Shown here: piece by piece, positions 1-10,003 of the stretch
Layout: every line of letters starts with the position of its first letter
Position numbering within the stretch: position 1 is the first letter of the stretch
Source: Bdellovibrionota bacterium
GTDB lineage: Bacteria; Bdellovibrionota_C; UBA2361; JBGSMV01
Assembly (NCBI GenBank): GCA_041739995.1
Contig: JBGSMV010000031.1
Span: 107,640-171,639, forward strand
Direction: 5' to 3'
DNA: 64,000 bases
Made by a program: the position numbers and the translations under genes
The notes under the pieces: model-generated
The model's input: only the letters and a program-made list of their open reading frames with translations
What the model was told of the DNA's origin: nothing
The model's database searches: none

Positions 1-504
1 GTCTCGAATTCCTCCGACGTAATCAATCACCGAGAAGGTGGACAGGTCATAAAAGAGGCCGTTAATAGTGATATCTCTACGAATCGCGTCGGTAACTTCC
101 GTTCCATACTTATTGTCCGCAGCCAGCTGAGCGACTTCATCGCCTGCCTCGTCGCCCTCGACTGGATCGCTCACATCGCGAAACGTTGATACTTCAATTA
201 TCTTGCCGCCACCGAAAAAGATGTGCACCAACTTAAACCGTCGCCCAATGATGCGACTGTTGGAAAAAAGGGCTTTTACTCGACGTGGAGTGGCGTCAGT
301 GGTGATGTCAAAATCTTTAGGTTTTTTCCCCAGCAGCAGATCTCGCACCCCACCCCCGACCATGTAGGCTTTGAACCCAGCCCGAATTAGTCGGTACATG
401 ATTTTCAATGCATCCGAGTCAATCTCGTTACGTGAGATGTCGTGCTCATCTCGGGAATAGATCTCCGGTTGAGTTTTAAGAATATCGCTTTTGTTTTCGC
501 TCAT
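1..504 (-). CDS. pcnB: Poly(A) polymerase I, 5' part; runs off the window start
   Basis: Manual translation from ATG at 504: MSENKSDILK...AYMVGGGVRDLLLGKKPKDFDITTDATP...IIGRRFKLVHIFF...IIEVSTFR. Class II nucleotidyltransferase with the PAP-I signature [LIV][LIV]GRRFx[LIV]hH. Confidence 0.92.
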   Translation of the reverse strand, partial: MSENKSDILKTQPEIYSRDEHDISRNEIDSDALKIMYRLIRAGFKAYMVGGGVRDLLLGKKPKDFDITTDATPRRVKALFSNSRIIGRRFKLVHIFFGGGKIIEVSTFRDVSDPVEGDEAGDEVAQLAADNKYGTEVTDAIRRDITINGLFYDLSTFSVIDYVGGIRD

Positions 505-837
505 GGGGAAGGCAACAGGAATGAAGTCTGACAATTGGTAGAGTTCGGCAACATTGCACAGGTCAAAAATCGAGAAGAAATCAGCAACATCCAGGAGTTC
601 AGATAGTTAGGTAATCCCTCACTCCCTCTTCACGAGGGCGGGAGAACTGCAGAATATCTGCTCGAGATGCGCCTCTAAAGGTCCACTCTCCTCGGGTGAC
701 CGACGAGGGGGCGAACGTCGCCCCAGCTGAAATAGCACAGAGCGAGAATGCACTAAAGAGATCCAATGGTTAGAGCTGGGCTGGAAATTGGATTTGATCT
801 CTGACTTCTGGTAAACCCTCAATCTCTTAAGTATTTT

Positions 838-910
838 GGCCCCATCGTCTAGTGGCCTAGGACGCTGGCCTCTCACGCTGGAAACACGGGTTCGAGTCCC
901 GTTGGGGTCA
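838..910 (+). tRNA. tRNA-Glu, anticodon CUC; CCA not encoded
   Basis: GGCCCCA acceptor pairs with TGGGGTC; D-loop TAGTGGCCTAGGA; anticodon arm CTGGC-CT-CTC-AC-GCTGG; T-arm ACGGG-TTCGAGT-CCCGT. Confidence 0.96.
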
Positions 911-1095
911 TTTTGCCACTCTAGTATCTTTTGAAGCGCCGTTTTCAGGCGCGGGCTCTTTGGGAGCACCGTCTTAAGGCGGTGCGGTGTGCTTTAGGTC
1001 GGCGCTATGCGTCTAGGCCCAAGAGTGTGTCCACGCGGTTTTGCGCCCCACTCAGTTTGAAAGATGTTACTGTTGATGGCTGAGAGGATAACGAC

Positions 1096-1962
1096 ATGGA
1101 TCTGAAAACCGGACTCGCCACAATGCTTTCTAACGGCGTCATCATGGACGTCGTCAACGTGGAACAAGCTCGCATCGCTGAAGATGCTGGAGCAGTCGCG
1201 GTCATGGCGCTCGAGAGAGTGCCTTCAGACATCCGGAAACAAGGCGGAGTCGCGCGCATGAGCGACCCGGAAATGATCGAAGCAATCAAGAGCGCCGTGA
1301 GCATTCCGGTCATGGCGAAAGTCAGAATTGGACACATCGCAGAAGCTCAGATTCTTGAATCCATTGGCATCGACTTCATCGATGAATCTGAGGTGCTCAC
1401 TCCTGCTGACGCAAGCTTTCATGTAAATAAGTTCACCTTCAAGACCCCTTTCGTCTGTGGAGCCTGCAACTTGGGAGAGGCGCTGCGTCGCATTGCCGAA
1501 GGTGCCGCACTAATTCGAACCAAGGGGGAGGCAGGTACCGGCAACGTTATTGAAGCCGTAAGACACATTCGGCAGATCACTTCTGAACTTAAGCAGCTCA
1601 CCAAACTTTCCACTTCGCAGCTTGATGAAAAAGCTGATGAATACAGGGTATCCTCAGCTCTTGTGGAACAAGTCGCTCAAGCTGGTCGCCTCCCGGTTCC
1701 TAACTTTGCAGCCGGTGGCATCGCGACTCCCGCCGACGCTGCGCTGATCCGACAGCTTGGCGCCGAAGCGGTATTTGTTGGTTCAGGCATTTTTAAGGCC
1801 GAGCAGCCTGCGCGTGTTGCGAAAGCGATTGTTGAAGCAACCACTCACTTCGATAAACCTGATATTCTGTTGAAAGTCTCGCGAGGGCTTGGGAAGGCAA
1901 TGGAAGGACTGACTCTAGAATCTATCCCGGAAGCACAGCGCCTGGCGCAGCGCGGCTGGTAG
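1096..1962 (+). CDS. pdxS: Pyridoxal 5'-phosphate synthase, lyase subunit
   Basis: [66 protein letters not shown]-terminal RGW. Confidence 0.97.
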   Translation: MDLKTGLATMLSNGVIMDVVNVEQARIAEDAGAVAVMALERVPSDIRKQGGVARMSDPEMIEAIKSAVSIPVMAKVRIGHIAEAQILESIGIDFIDESEVLTPADASFHVNKFTFKTPFVCGACNLGEALRRIAEGAALIRTKGEAGTGNVIEAVRHIRQITSELKQLTKLSTSQLDEKADEYRVSSALVEQVAQAGRLPVPNFAAGGIATPADAALIRQLGAEAVFVGSGIFKAEQPARVAKAIVEATTHFDKPDILLKVSRGLGKAMEGLTLESIPEAQRLAQRGW

Positions 1963-1986
1963 ACCTGTGATAGGCTTGTTAGCCCT

Positions 1987-2688
1987 ATGAAGCGCTCAAA
2001 TTGCGGAATACTGGCCCTGCAAGGCTGCATTGAGCCGCACGAACTGGCATTAGGTAGGCTTGGTGTCGCCGCTCTAAAAGTCCGCTCACCAGAAGATCTC
2101 GAAAAAGTCGAGGCTCTCATTCTTCCAGGCGGTGAGAGCACCACTATGCTTCGCCTCATTCGCAGCGCAGGACTCTTTGAACCGCTTCAGCAGTTTTCTG
2201 AGAATTTTCCCATGTGGGGCATCTGCGCTGGTGCAATTCTTATGGCCAAAGAAGTATGCCACCCCCACCAAGAGTCGCTTGGGGTAATGTCGATTCGAGC
2301 GACGCGGAACTTTTACGGGTCGCAGCGTGAGTCGTTCAAAGCGAGTATTGAGATCTCAGGCCTTAAAAATATTCTTAAGCCCAAGCACACGGTTGAAGTG
2401 GATTTCATTCGGGCTCCGATGCTTGAAGCTCTCAGTAACTCCGCTGACGAGCCGCACGTTTCCGTGTTGGCAGCACATCAGCACCATCCGGTAATGCTAC
2501 AGCAGGGACACTTGCTCGCCACTTCGTTCCACATCGAGCTTGGGGAAGATTCAAGGTTACATGAGTACTTTGTCTCAATGCCGAGTATCTCAGTGAAAGA
2601 CACTGCTGCTCACGAAACGGAGGACCATTTGGATATGACGGTACCTTCCAAATTCGGACGGAAGGAAACCAACTCAAGAAGGCTTTAA
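1987..2688 (+). CDS. pdxT: PLP synthase glutaminase subunit
   Basis: GILALQG, LILPGGESTT, WGICAG (catalytic Cys), FIRAP, SFHIEL; directly after pdxS. Confidence 0.95.
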   Translation: MKRSNCGILALQGCIEPHELALGRLGVAALKVRSPEDLEKVEALILPGGESTTMLRLIRSAGLFEPLQQFSENFPMWGICAGAILMAKEVCHPHQESLGVMSIRATRNFYGSQRESFKASIEISGLKNILKPKHTVEVDFIRAPMLEALSNSADEPHVSVLAAHQHHPVMLQQGHLLATSFHIELGEDSRLHEYFVSMPSISVKDTAAHETEDHLDMTVPSKFGRKETNSRRL

Positions 2689-4221
2689 GTCGGCCTCACT
2701 GGTTCCTTGTCCCGGCTCTGGAAAAGCAACATACACTCCCTCTTGAGACGCATCCCACGTCTGTGCAACTCCACCCAGCGTAGTTTCTGCGAATCCAAAC
2801 ACCACCTTCGTTAAATCAACCGTGTCCTTAATGCCCTGTGCACCGGAGATCTGCGGAGGCAGGGCCTTGCGAAGCACGACCACCGCACAATAGTCGCTGC
2901 CATTGAGCGCTTCTTCGCCCTTGGAAATGCGCTGCAATCGCTGCGCTGAGAGATGCTGAACCTCCAAATTGGGAGCATACACTGAGGCTGGTGCATTGAG
3001 GTAACGCGCCTCCGCGCCCTGCACCACTCCAAATGCTGACTCCAGTTCAATTAATCCCGAATGAAGCAAAATCGACTTCCCTTGCCCTTCGCAGCGCCCG
3101 CCTTCGCTCACTAGCTTAAACGCTCCGCGCCAATTCTCGACCTGCCAGGAGCGATCGAAGGCTCTACCCGTAGTGAGCACACTAACCACCAGCAAGGCCA
3201 GCAACTGTGCACGCCGAGGCTTAAGCGCCCCTATGAAAAGAGACACAAGCACTGCGGCGCCAACCATGCACCACAACACGTAGCGCCCCGTAAACAAGCC
3301 TATGTCTAGAAGGGCGCTCACCCACAGCGCGACCGGTATCAGCAGCCACCAACTCAACAGCTCGAACAACCCACGACGTGAAATACTCTCGATTTTTAGC
3401 GAATTGTCCCCGCGCCCAACAAACATGGCGCCAACCACACAAAGTGCGGCACAGACCGGCAGCGCGGCGGCAACCGGCACCATCGTACGAAAGAAATCAA
3501 CCAAAGAGGGATTACTCAAAAAGCGCAGATCGCGCCCTTCCATTAAAGCGCTCAGCTGCCACAGGCCAGGGCTTGCCAACAGAGCTGAGCCAATAACCGC
3601 GACCAACGCCCGACGCCATTGGGAACGAGCCAAAAGTAGCCCAACTAAGCCGCACGCGAAAAAGAGATAGTGTGCGTATGCGGCACACGCCAGAAGTAAT
3701 AATGGGGCAAACGCCACGCCTTTAGCCGGCTGCCCAGAAGTATCGGAAAGCCTAGAAAATGCGCGCAATGCAAGGACCGAAAAAAACAACGCGAGAGCGT
3801 AGGGCCTCGCACTCATCGCCAGCAGCACTTGATCCAATGACAGCAAGACCACCACCGCAAACCCGGCGGCAATATTCCCGGCCAGCCTTCGAACCCAGAA
3901 GGCCGCAATGCACAGAGTAAGCACTACCAAAAACACGCTGGGCAGGCGTAGTGCTACTTCTGAGAATCCAAAGACTTGCGCCCAACTCCATAGAACCAAG
4001 TAGTACAGTGGCGACTGTCCTTGAAAGGCAATCGATCGAGAAATGACTTGAGACCACCCATCAGAAACAATCCATCGACTTACTGTTTCATCAAGCCAAA
4101 AACTGTCTCTCAAAAATCCGTTGGAAAAAACGGCGACAAACACCAACAACAAGAGACCCGCTATCGCGACCTGTTCGAGCCTGCGCACTAGGCTAGCACC
4201 CTGCATAGGGGTTCTCCTCAT
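2674..4221 (-). CDS. GT-C fold membrane glycosyltransferase (ArnT/PMT family 39-like)
   Basis: SFWLDE motif after the first TM helix, PLYYLVL, LRLPS, ARPYAL; many TM segments; overlaps the end of lpxL. Confidence 0.75.
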   Translation of the reverse strand: MRRTPMQGASLVRRLEQVAIAGLLLLVFVAVFSNGFLRDSFWLDETVSRWIVSDGWSQVISRSIAFQGQSPLYYLVLWSWAQVFGFSEVALRLPSVFLVVLTLCIAAFWVRRLAGNIAAGFAVVVLLSLDQVLLAMSARPYALALFFSVLALRAFSRLSDTSGQPAKGVAFAPLLLLACAAYAHYLFFACGLVGLLLARSQWRRALVAVIGSALLASPGLWQLSALMEGRDLRFLSNPSLVDFFRTMVPVAAALPVCAALCVVGAMFVGRGDNSLKIESISRRGLFELLSWWLLIPVALWVSALLDIGLFTGRYVLWCMVGAAVLVSLFIGALKPRRAQLLALLVVSVLTTGRAFDRSWQVENWRGAFKLVSEGGRCEGQGKSILLHSGLIELESAFGVVQGAEARYLNAPASVYAPNLEVQHLSAQRLQRISKGEEALNGSDYCAVVVLRKALPPQISGAQGIKDTVDLTKVVFGFAETTLGGVAQTWDASQEGVYVAFPEPGQGTSEADLKPS

Positions 4222-5143
4222 CTTCCGTTGGGCGCGTGCGCCAGCGGCGATGGAACCAGAACCATAATTCTGGTTGAATTCGGATCAGTCGCTCATGGCG
4301 TGTCGAGAGTTCTGCGGTGATTATCCTTATTTTCTCTTCCTTGCTCAGGGTTTGATCTTGAATGCAAGCCTTAAAATCGCATTCTTCCGCAAAGGTTTGG
4401 TAGTTATCCGTGCCCAGCTGATGCCGTATTCCCACTACAAGCACTGGGCACTCAAGCCGCAGCACCGCCAAAGCGAGCGTCTTGGTAGTGGCCGCCTCCT
4501 TACCGAACAAGGGAACGAAGGTCGCGTGATTTCTGGTCACATTCTGATCAAACAACAATGCAACATCTCTTCCTGATTGAAGCTGCCTGAACACATCTTT
4601 GAACGCACCTTGGCGGTTGATAACCTTATTGCCTAAACGCTCTCGCCCTGCGGTCCACCACCGATCAACTACCTCCAGTTTAAAGTTTCTCACTACAAAA
4701 GCGATTGGGTCTCCCCAATGAGGTAAGCAATGCGCCAACAGCTCGAAACTTCCCACATGTCCGGTCGCCAATAGCACTCCTTTGCCAGGATTCCGCGCCT
4801 TCACTTCTCGACGCAACTCTCGAAAAGGGCCACTCACATGAGTATCAACCCACTGTTGGTCAATCGTGGGCATGCGTGCAAAATCAATCAAGATTCTCGC
4901 GAGTGAGAACACTGATTTTTGATATATCTCTTCACGCCATTCAGGCGTGGCTTCTGGATAGGCAATCTCTAGATTGCGAATCGCGATGCGACGGTACTTC
5001 GGCCTTAATGCCAACCCGCCTCGAATCAATGCTCCAAAAATTCGCTCAGCATAGGCCACAGGGATCTGACGTAGGAGCCAGGTGAGGGCTCGGAGTAGCA
5101 AAACGAGTGGATGAAGGGATGCGTATTTGCTCATGAGGTACAA
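4193..5143 (-). CDS. lpxL: Lipid A lauroyl/myristoyl acyltransferase (LpxL/HtrB family)
   Basis: RNLEIAYPE, GHVGSFE (HxxxxE), LLFDQ, FVPLFG, PELWFWFHRRW. Confidence 0.85.
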   Translation of the reverse strand: MYLMSKYASLHPLVLLLRALTWLLRQIPVAYAERIFGALIRGGLALRPKYRRIAIRNLEIAYPEATPEWREEIYQKSVFSLARILIDFARMPTIDQQWVDTHVSGPFRELRREVKARNPGKGVLLATGHVGSFELLAHCLPHWGDPIAFVVRNFKLEVVDRWWTAGRERLGNKVINRQGAFKDVFRQLQSGRDVALLFDQNVTRNHATFVPLFGKEAATTKTLALAVLRLECPVLVVGIRHQLGTDNYQTFAEECDFKACIQDQTLSKEEKIRIITAELSTRHERLIRIQPELWFWFHRRWRTRPTEDEENPYAGC

Positions 5144-5286
5144 TGAACCGGAAGTCTTGCTCCGATATACGATATTCCAGCCACACCTAATAGATCGCTA
5201 ACGCCGCTGTCCCGGGAAAACTCTAATGATTCTGCCGAGAAACCGCTTACCGGAGGGGCCTAAAACCCTACCATCGTCGCCCTCAG

Positions 5287-5313
5287 TAAACTTTCTTCCC
5301 AAATCACCGATAT
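5287..5313 (+). promoter_or_regulatory. Sigma-28 (FliA)-type promoter candidate
   Basis: TAAA-ctttcttcccaaatc(15)-ACCGATAT versus consensus TAAA-N15-GCCGATAA; upstream of the protease ATG at 5401. Confidence 0.6.
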
Positions 5314-5400
5314 AGAGCCCAGTTCATAACCTCTAGGGTGTGGTTTGGTAGCTCCTCACGGCGGCTACCCTCTACGAGGTTGTCATTAGGGGTGGAAAAC

Positions 5401-6258
5401 ATGAAGACTTTCTCCTTTCGTCTCGGAAAAGCGTTCTCACTAAGCTTGGGTGTCTTGTGCCTATCATTTTCTCTATCAGGCTGTGGTGGCGGAGACTCCA
5501 CTACCTCAAACACCGACGAGCACACCAGTTCGAGAATCGTTAACGGCATAGCGATCGACCAGAGCGAGCTTCCTCCCGTAAAACGTCTCTTTCTAAATGT
5601 CCCTGGCCAAGACCCTCAGTTTCTTTGCTCAGGAACTTTTATAAGCCCAATTCATTTTCTCACCGCAGCTCATTGTGTGGTGTTTAGCGGCGTAGGGCAG
5701 ATTCCTGCCGAATATCTTGCGGTTGAAATAGAGCCTGGAATTATAGCCCCTGCTTCCGGCGTTGCATCGCACGCCGGATATCAGCCCGATGTCACTGTCC
5801 CAAGCGCTGAGATCCCAAACCTCACCTACTTTCCGGGTGACATTGCTCTGGTAGTAACTTCATCTCCGTACGAAGGACCTGTCGCCCCTGTCTCCACTCG
5901 CTTTCCGGGAGTTGGTCAGGAAATCTTGATTGCCGGATTCGGACAGTATCAATCGGACATTCCGAGCGACCAAGCCTTGCGTTACGGAGTAACCACTATC
6001 GACGCCATTAGCATGCTTGATGGTGTCTTCTATTGGTTGTTTGACGGCTTCCATGAAAGTAACACGTGCTACGGCGATTCTGGTGGTCCCGCATTCGTAC
6101 GTTTCGCCGAAGAAGAGCCTCTCGTGCTGGTGGGAATTACTTCTGGTGGAGGCCCAACCTGCGAGCCTTACTCGATCTCATTCGACACCCTGGTGCCGCA
6201 CCCAGCGTACATAGAATTCATTAATCAGATTACCGTTGGATTTCACAGTCAGTTGTAA
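5401..6258 (+). CDS. S1 (chymotrypsin/trypsin-fold) serine protease lipoprotein
   Basis: Signal peptide with lipobox LSGC; RIVNG activation site; CSGTFI, LTAAHC, DIAL, TCYGDSGGP catalytic triad. Confidence 0.9.
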   Translation: MKTFSFRLGKAFSLSLGVLCLSFSLSGCGGGDSTTSNTDEHTSSRIVNGIAIDQSELPPVKRLFLNVPGQDPQFLCSGTFISPIHFLTAAHCVVFSGVGQIPAEYLAVEIEPGIIAPASGVASHAGYQPDVTVPSAEIPNLTYFPGDIALVVTSSPYEGPVAPVSTRFPGVGQEILIAGFGQYQSDIPSDQALRYGVTTIDAISMLDGVFYWLFDGFHESNTCYGDSGGPAFVRFAEEEPLVLVGITSGGGPTCEPYSISFDTLVPHPAYIEFINQITVGFHSQL

Positions 6259-6264
6259 CTTTCA
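6220..6264 (+). repeat. 45-bp direct repeat, copy 1 (3' end of the protease gene)
   Basis: attaatcagattaccgttggatttcacagtcagttgtaactttca; 39/45 identical to 7355-7399. Confidence 0.85.
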
Positions 6265-6421
6265 GTAAAAGCTGAAAACGTAACTGGCCACCAGAGTTTG
6301 AATCCGTATAGTAAGTCGGCACAATGCAGAGACCTGTAATCCATCTTGGAACTGATATCTCTTTCTTGTCTGGCCCTAAACGGAGCAACTGTGTTTTGTG
6401 ACCGGTTAGTTGTTCTCACCC

Positions 6422-6442
6422 CCGATTTGCTCCGCAAATCGG
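6422..6442. terminator. Perfect 9-bp hairpin between convergent genes
   Basis: ccgatttgc-tcc-gcaaatcgg; no clear U-tract. Confidence 0.4.
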
Positions 6443-6509
6443 CCCCTGAGGGGTATTTCGTCCGGGTTATGCTGACTAGTTACCTGGAACCCAAACAGAG
6501 CCATTTAGG

Positions 6510-6935
6510 TTAATCCCGGACCGAGAAGCCCTCTTTTCGGGCTGCGATCGCGAGTCGTTCGTCGAAAGACACGAACGCAACGCGCGAGGCGAGATCCTCT
6601 GAGGCAACGATGGCACCGGCGAGCTGAAACGCGTCTGCGGTTCGGAGAGGATGCAGGCGCAAAAGCCGATTCGCTCTCTCTCTTACCATGTCGCTGGGAA
6701 GAACCTCGTTCCAGTGCGTTGCAAGCTCCGCCAAGGCCCTTAGGGCCTGCTCAGCTTCACCATTGCTAAGGAGTTGCTCCCGTTCAAGACGGGCGATCGC
6801 CGAAACGCATTCCGTGTAGGTGCCCCACCACACAAAGATTCCGAGACTTTCCTCTCGAAAATACTCTAGAGCACGACTGCTTAATGCCTGGTCGAGAATT
6901 AAAGGCACCAGGGCGGAGGTATCCCAAAAATTCAT
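6510..6935 (-). CDS. vapC: VapC-family PIN-domain toxin
   Basis: FWDTSALVPL, TECVSA, LRTADAFQLA, FVSFDERL acidic PIN motifs; ATGA-coupled to the antitoxin. Confidence 0.9.
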   Translation of the reverse strand: MNFWDTSALVPLILDQALSSRALEYFREESLGIFVWWGTYTECVSAIARLEREQLLSNGEAEQALRALAELATHWNEVLPSDMVRERANRLLRLHPLRTADAFQLAGAIVASEDLASRVAFVSFDERLAIAARKEGFSVRD

Positions 6936-7246
6936 CTATCCTCAGCTCGTTCAGCCAGCACCGCGGCGAGAATGTCCGCTTTTTTATTCTTCGGCGTTAC
7001 GCGTAATGACTCAATCTTAGAAAAATCAGATTTTCTCTTTTCTGCTCGCCTCAGAAGGCCGGCGCGTTCGAGACGCTGCGCCACCACATCGGTCTCTCCA
7101 TCCTCAGATTCCTCACCTCCAGCATACACCACGCGAATGATGGGCGTTTTGCGATCGTAGACTAGCAGCGAGGTTTTTCCTTTACGGACCAAATCGACTA
7201 GCGCGCTGAAGTTATTCTTCAATTGAGTTAATGTAACCGACTTCAT
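6932..7246 (-). CDS. Phd/YefM-family antitoxin
   Basis: MKSVTLTQLKNNFSALVDLVRKGKTSLLVYDRKTPI Phd-type N-terminus; upstream of the PIN toxin. Confidence 0.85.
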   Translation of the reverse strand: MKSVTLTQLKNNFSALVDLVRKGKTSLLVYDRKTPIIRVVYAGGEESEDGETDVVAQRLERAGLLRRAEKRKSDFSKIESLRVTPKNKKADILAAVLAERAEDR

Positions 7247-7354
7247 TTAACCATTATAGTCATTTTAAAATATCTATACCATGGATTTTTTACCAAGTAT
7301 TTTCAGAAGGTTAGGCCTGACAGCGAGTGGATGTCCTCGATTCGCTTTAGAGTG

Positions 7355-7399
7355 ATCAATCAGACTACGGTTGGATTTCACAGTCCGTTGTAGTTTTCA
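7355..7399 (+). repeat. 45-bp direct repeat, copy 2 (orphan copy of the protease 3' end)
   Basis: atcaatcagactacggttggatttcacagtccgttgtagttttca; reads INQTTVGFHSPL* versus INQITVGFHSQL* in copy 1. Confidence 0.85.
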
Positions 7400-7416
7400 A
7401 TCGAGAATCGACGGCG

Positions 7417-7890
7417 CTAGTCACGCGCTTCAAAGCCCTCATCCTCTGGTAGATCGCGGGCCTGACTCGCCATGACCGCAAGTTCGTCACAGCGATTATT
7501 ATTGGGGTTACTGGCGTGCCCTTTCACCCAGATGAACGTGACCTCATGTTGCTCGACTAACTCCAGCAACTGCTCCCATAGATCTGGATTAATCGCAGGC
7601 TCGCCTTTCTTCCCTCTTTTCCATCCGTTGGCTTTCCAGCGTTTGGCCCAGCCCTGCTCGATAGCATCAACCACGTATTTGGAGTCACTATATAATTCGA
7701 CGGCACACGGCTTGGTCAGAGAACGCAGTGCTTCAATCGCTGCGGTAAGCTCCATGCGATTGTTGGTAGTTCTTGCAAAGCCTCCTGAAATCTCTTTGGC
7801 CTTTTCTCCATGGCGCAAAATGGCTGCCCATCCGCCAGGACCAGGATTTCCTGAACATGCACCGTCAGTGTAGATTTGCACCGCTTTCAC
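7417..7890 (-). CDS. rnhA: Ribonuclease HI
   Basis: [49 protein letters not shown]. Confidence 0.97.
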   Translation of the reverse strand: MKAVQIYTDGACSGNPGPGGWAAILRHGEKAKEISGGFARTTNNRMELTAAIEALRSLTKPCAVELYSDSKYVVDAIEQGWAKRWKANGWKRGKKGEPAINPDLWEQLLELVEQHEVTFIWVKGHASNPNNNRCDELAVMASQARDLPEDEGFEARD

Positions 7891-7978
7891 TATTTAATTC
7901 TCTTGAAATTTTAAGCTCCGCTCATCCGCTTCGCCAGAAAGAAGACGAAGTTCGAGGGACTCGTAGATTTTCCAGGAA

Positions 7979-8377
7979 TTAAGCTCCGCTCATTTCCTCA
8001 AGCAACATGTACACAAGGCGACACGCATCGGTCGATGTAAAGATGCCGCTCAAAGCCCCTTCCCCATCCATGATGAGCACGTAATCCAGGCGACGCTCCG
8101 CCATGCCGAGAGTGACATCTCCGACGGGGGTATCTCCGGTCACGGTTTCTGGAGAAGTATCACACACTGCACCTACCGGGGGCGCATCTCCAAGTCCAGC
8201 CGTAGCAATTTGCGTCAATCGAAGAGCGCGCTCGGTAATCACACCGATTAACTCTCCGTTATCAACCACAGGAAGATGCCGCACTCCTCGAAGCGACATA
8301 ATGTGCAAGGCCTCGTCAATGGTCAGGGTTGAATCAACCTGATAGGGACAAGGCACCATTACATCTTGAATTTTCAT
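7979..8377 (-). CDS. Stand-alone CBS-pair protein
   Basis: IQDVM, VRHLPVVDNGELIGVIT, GALSGIFTSTD. Confidence 0.85.
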   Translation of the reverse strand: MKIQDVMVPCPYQVDSTLTIDEALHIMSLRGVRHLPVVDNGELIGVITERALRLTQIATAGLGDAPPVGAVCDTSPETVTGDTPVGDVTLGMAERRLDYVLIMDGEGALSGIFTSTDACRLVYMLLEEMSGA

Positions 8378-8700
8378 ACTCGCCTTTCTCTCTAACTCTC
8401 TAATCGTATGCGGCTACGCACACACGCTGCCCTGCATTGAGGATACTTCTTGCAGGGGGCGCTTGCGAAGCTTCTCTTGCCGTTGCAGCCTACGGCGGAA
8501 CAGTTTTGGTAGCCCCTCAGACTCTAGCGTACCAGTTTAACGAAGAGCTATCGTTAATTTTAGACCTCGCCGCGCCCATTGGCCCTTTGAATACCCCATG
8601 AAGAAGCATGTTAAAGACCACCAGCCATCACCGTTCCCTTCGGCTAGTCTCGACCCCCACAGGAGAACATTTTATACCAAGGCTATTTTAGATTAGGGCT

Positions 8701-9876
8701 ATGACAGAGATTTCATCAATTGAGCCGAACGTTGATCTGATTCGTATCGACGATAAGGAAATTTACCTTGTGGGCACCGCCCACGTCAGCCACGAAAGTA
8801 CCGCACTGGTAGAAAGAATTATTCGTTCCCATCGGGCTAATTCGGTTGCCATTGAGCTGTGCGAGCCACGCTACCAGTCACTCAAGAATCCCGATCGTTG
8901 GAAGAATACGGATTTGGTCGCAATCATGCGCGAAGGCAAAGCCTACGTACTGATGGCGCAACTGATGCTTGCCGCCTTTCAGAAAAAGTTAGGGGACCAG
9001 CTTAAGATTAAGCCGGGCGCTGAGATGCTACGCGCCGCGGAAGTAGCTGAAGCTGAAGGCGCCACAATTGTGCTTGCAGATCGCAATGTCACCACAACTC
9101 TAAAGCGCACCTGGGCTGCGCTTGGCTTCTGGTCGATGATGAAGGTTCTCGGCGCAATGATCGGGGGGCTCTTTACCGAGCAAAAGATTGATGCCGCAGA
9201 AATCGAGCGTTTGAAATCAAGCGATGCGCTCGACGCACTGATGGAAGAATTCTCGCAGACATTGCCCGAAGTGAGAGACACCCTCATTGATGAAAGAGAT
9301 CAATATTTGGCAGTAAAGATTCGAGAGGCTCCGGGACCAAAAATCATCGCGATAGTAGGAGCCGGGCATGTGCCCGGCATAAAACGCTACTTGGGTGAGC
9401 CGATCGATCTGAAGAAACTAGAAGAAATTCCGCCACCGCACCTAATCACCCGCATGGTAGGTTGGGGAATTCCGCTCGCCTTTCTAAGTCTGATCGTAGC
9501 CGGCTTTTTCGTTTCGGGCGGCAGCGCAACCATGGAGATGGTTGGTTGGTGGATCGTGGTTACAGGCAGTTTTGCTGCACTTGGCTCCCTAGTCGCCCTG
9601 GCCCACCCGCTTACAATTCTTTCAGCCTTCGTCGCCGCACCACTGACCACCATTCATCCTATTTTGGCTTCTGGCTGGGTGGCAGGCCTCGTAGAGGCTA
9701 TGATTAGACGCCCCAGGGTAGGAGACCTTGAGCATATTGCTGATGATCTCGGGACGTTGCGGGGGTGGTGGAAAAACCGCGTAAGCCGAGTTCTGCTGAT
9801 CATGGCTATGACCAATCTTTTTGGTACAATCGGGGCGCTCTGGGGGATTAAGGTAGTGGCCAGCATGGTATCTTAA
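8701..9876 (+). CDS. TraB/PrgY (pheromone-shutdown)-family protein
   Basis: IYLVGTAHVS, VAIELC, PGAEM, LIDERD, VGAGHVPG; C-terminal TM helices. Confidence 0.88.
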   Translation: MTEISSIEPNVDLIRIDDKEIYLVGTAHVSHESTALVERIIRSHRANSVAIELCEPRYQSLKNPDRWKNTDLVAIMREGKAYVLMAQLMLAAFQKKLGDQLKIKPGAEMLRAAEVAEAEGATIVLADRNVTTTLKRTWAALGFWSMMKVLGAMIGGLFTEQKIDAAEIERLKSSDALDALMEEFSQTLPEVRDTLIDERDQYLAVKIREAPGPKIIAIVGAGHVPGIKRYLGEPIDLKKLEEIPPPHLITRMVGWGIPLAFLSLIVAGFFVSGGSATMEMVGWWIVVTGSFAALGSLVALAHPLTILSAFVAAPLTTIHPILASGWVAGLVEAMIRRPRVGDLEHIADDLGTLRGWWKNRVSRVLLIMAMTNLFGTIGALWGIKVVASMVS

Positions 9877-10003
9877 GTCAGTGATACCCTGCACAATATA
9901 TCCCTCGAGGAGTATCCCTCGAGGAGTTGTACCCCTAGGAGTTCAAGCCTCAAGTAGGCCATCTTCGGACTCTTTTGAAGTTAATAGCCTGATTTTCATT
10001 GTC

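Noticed and set aside
619..969. 116-aa minus-strand ORF
   Set aside because: Antisense to tRNA-Glu with no protein-like motifs; a shadow ORF.
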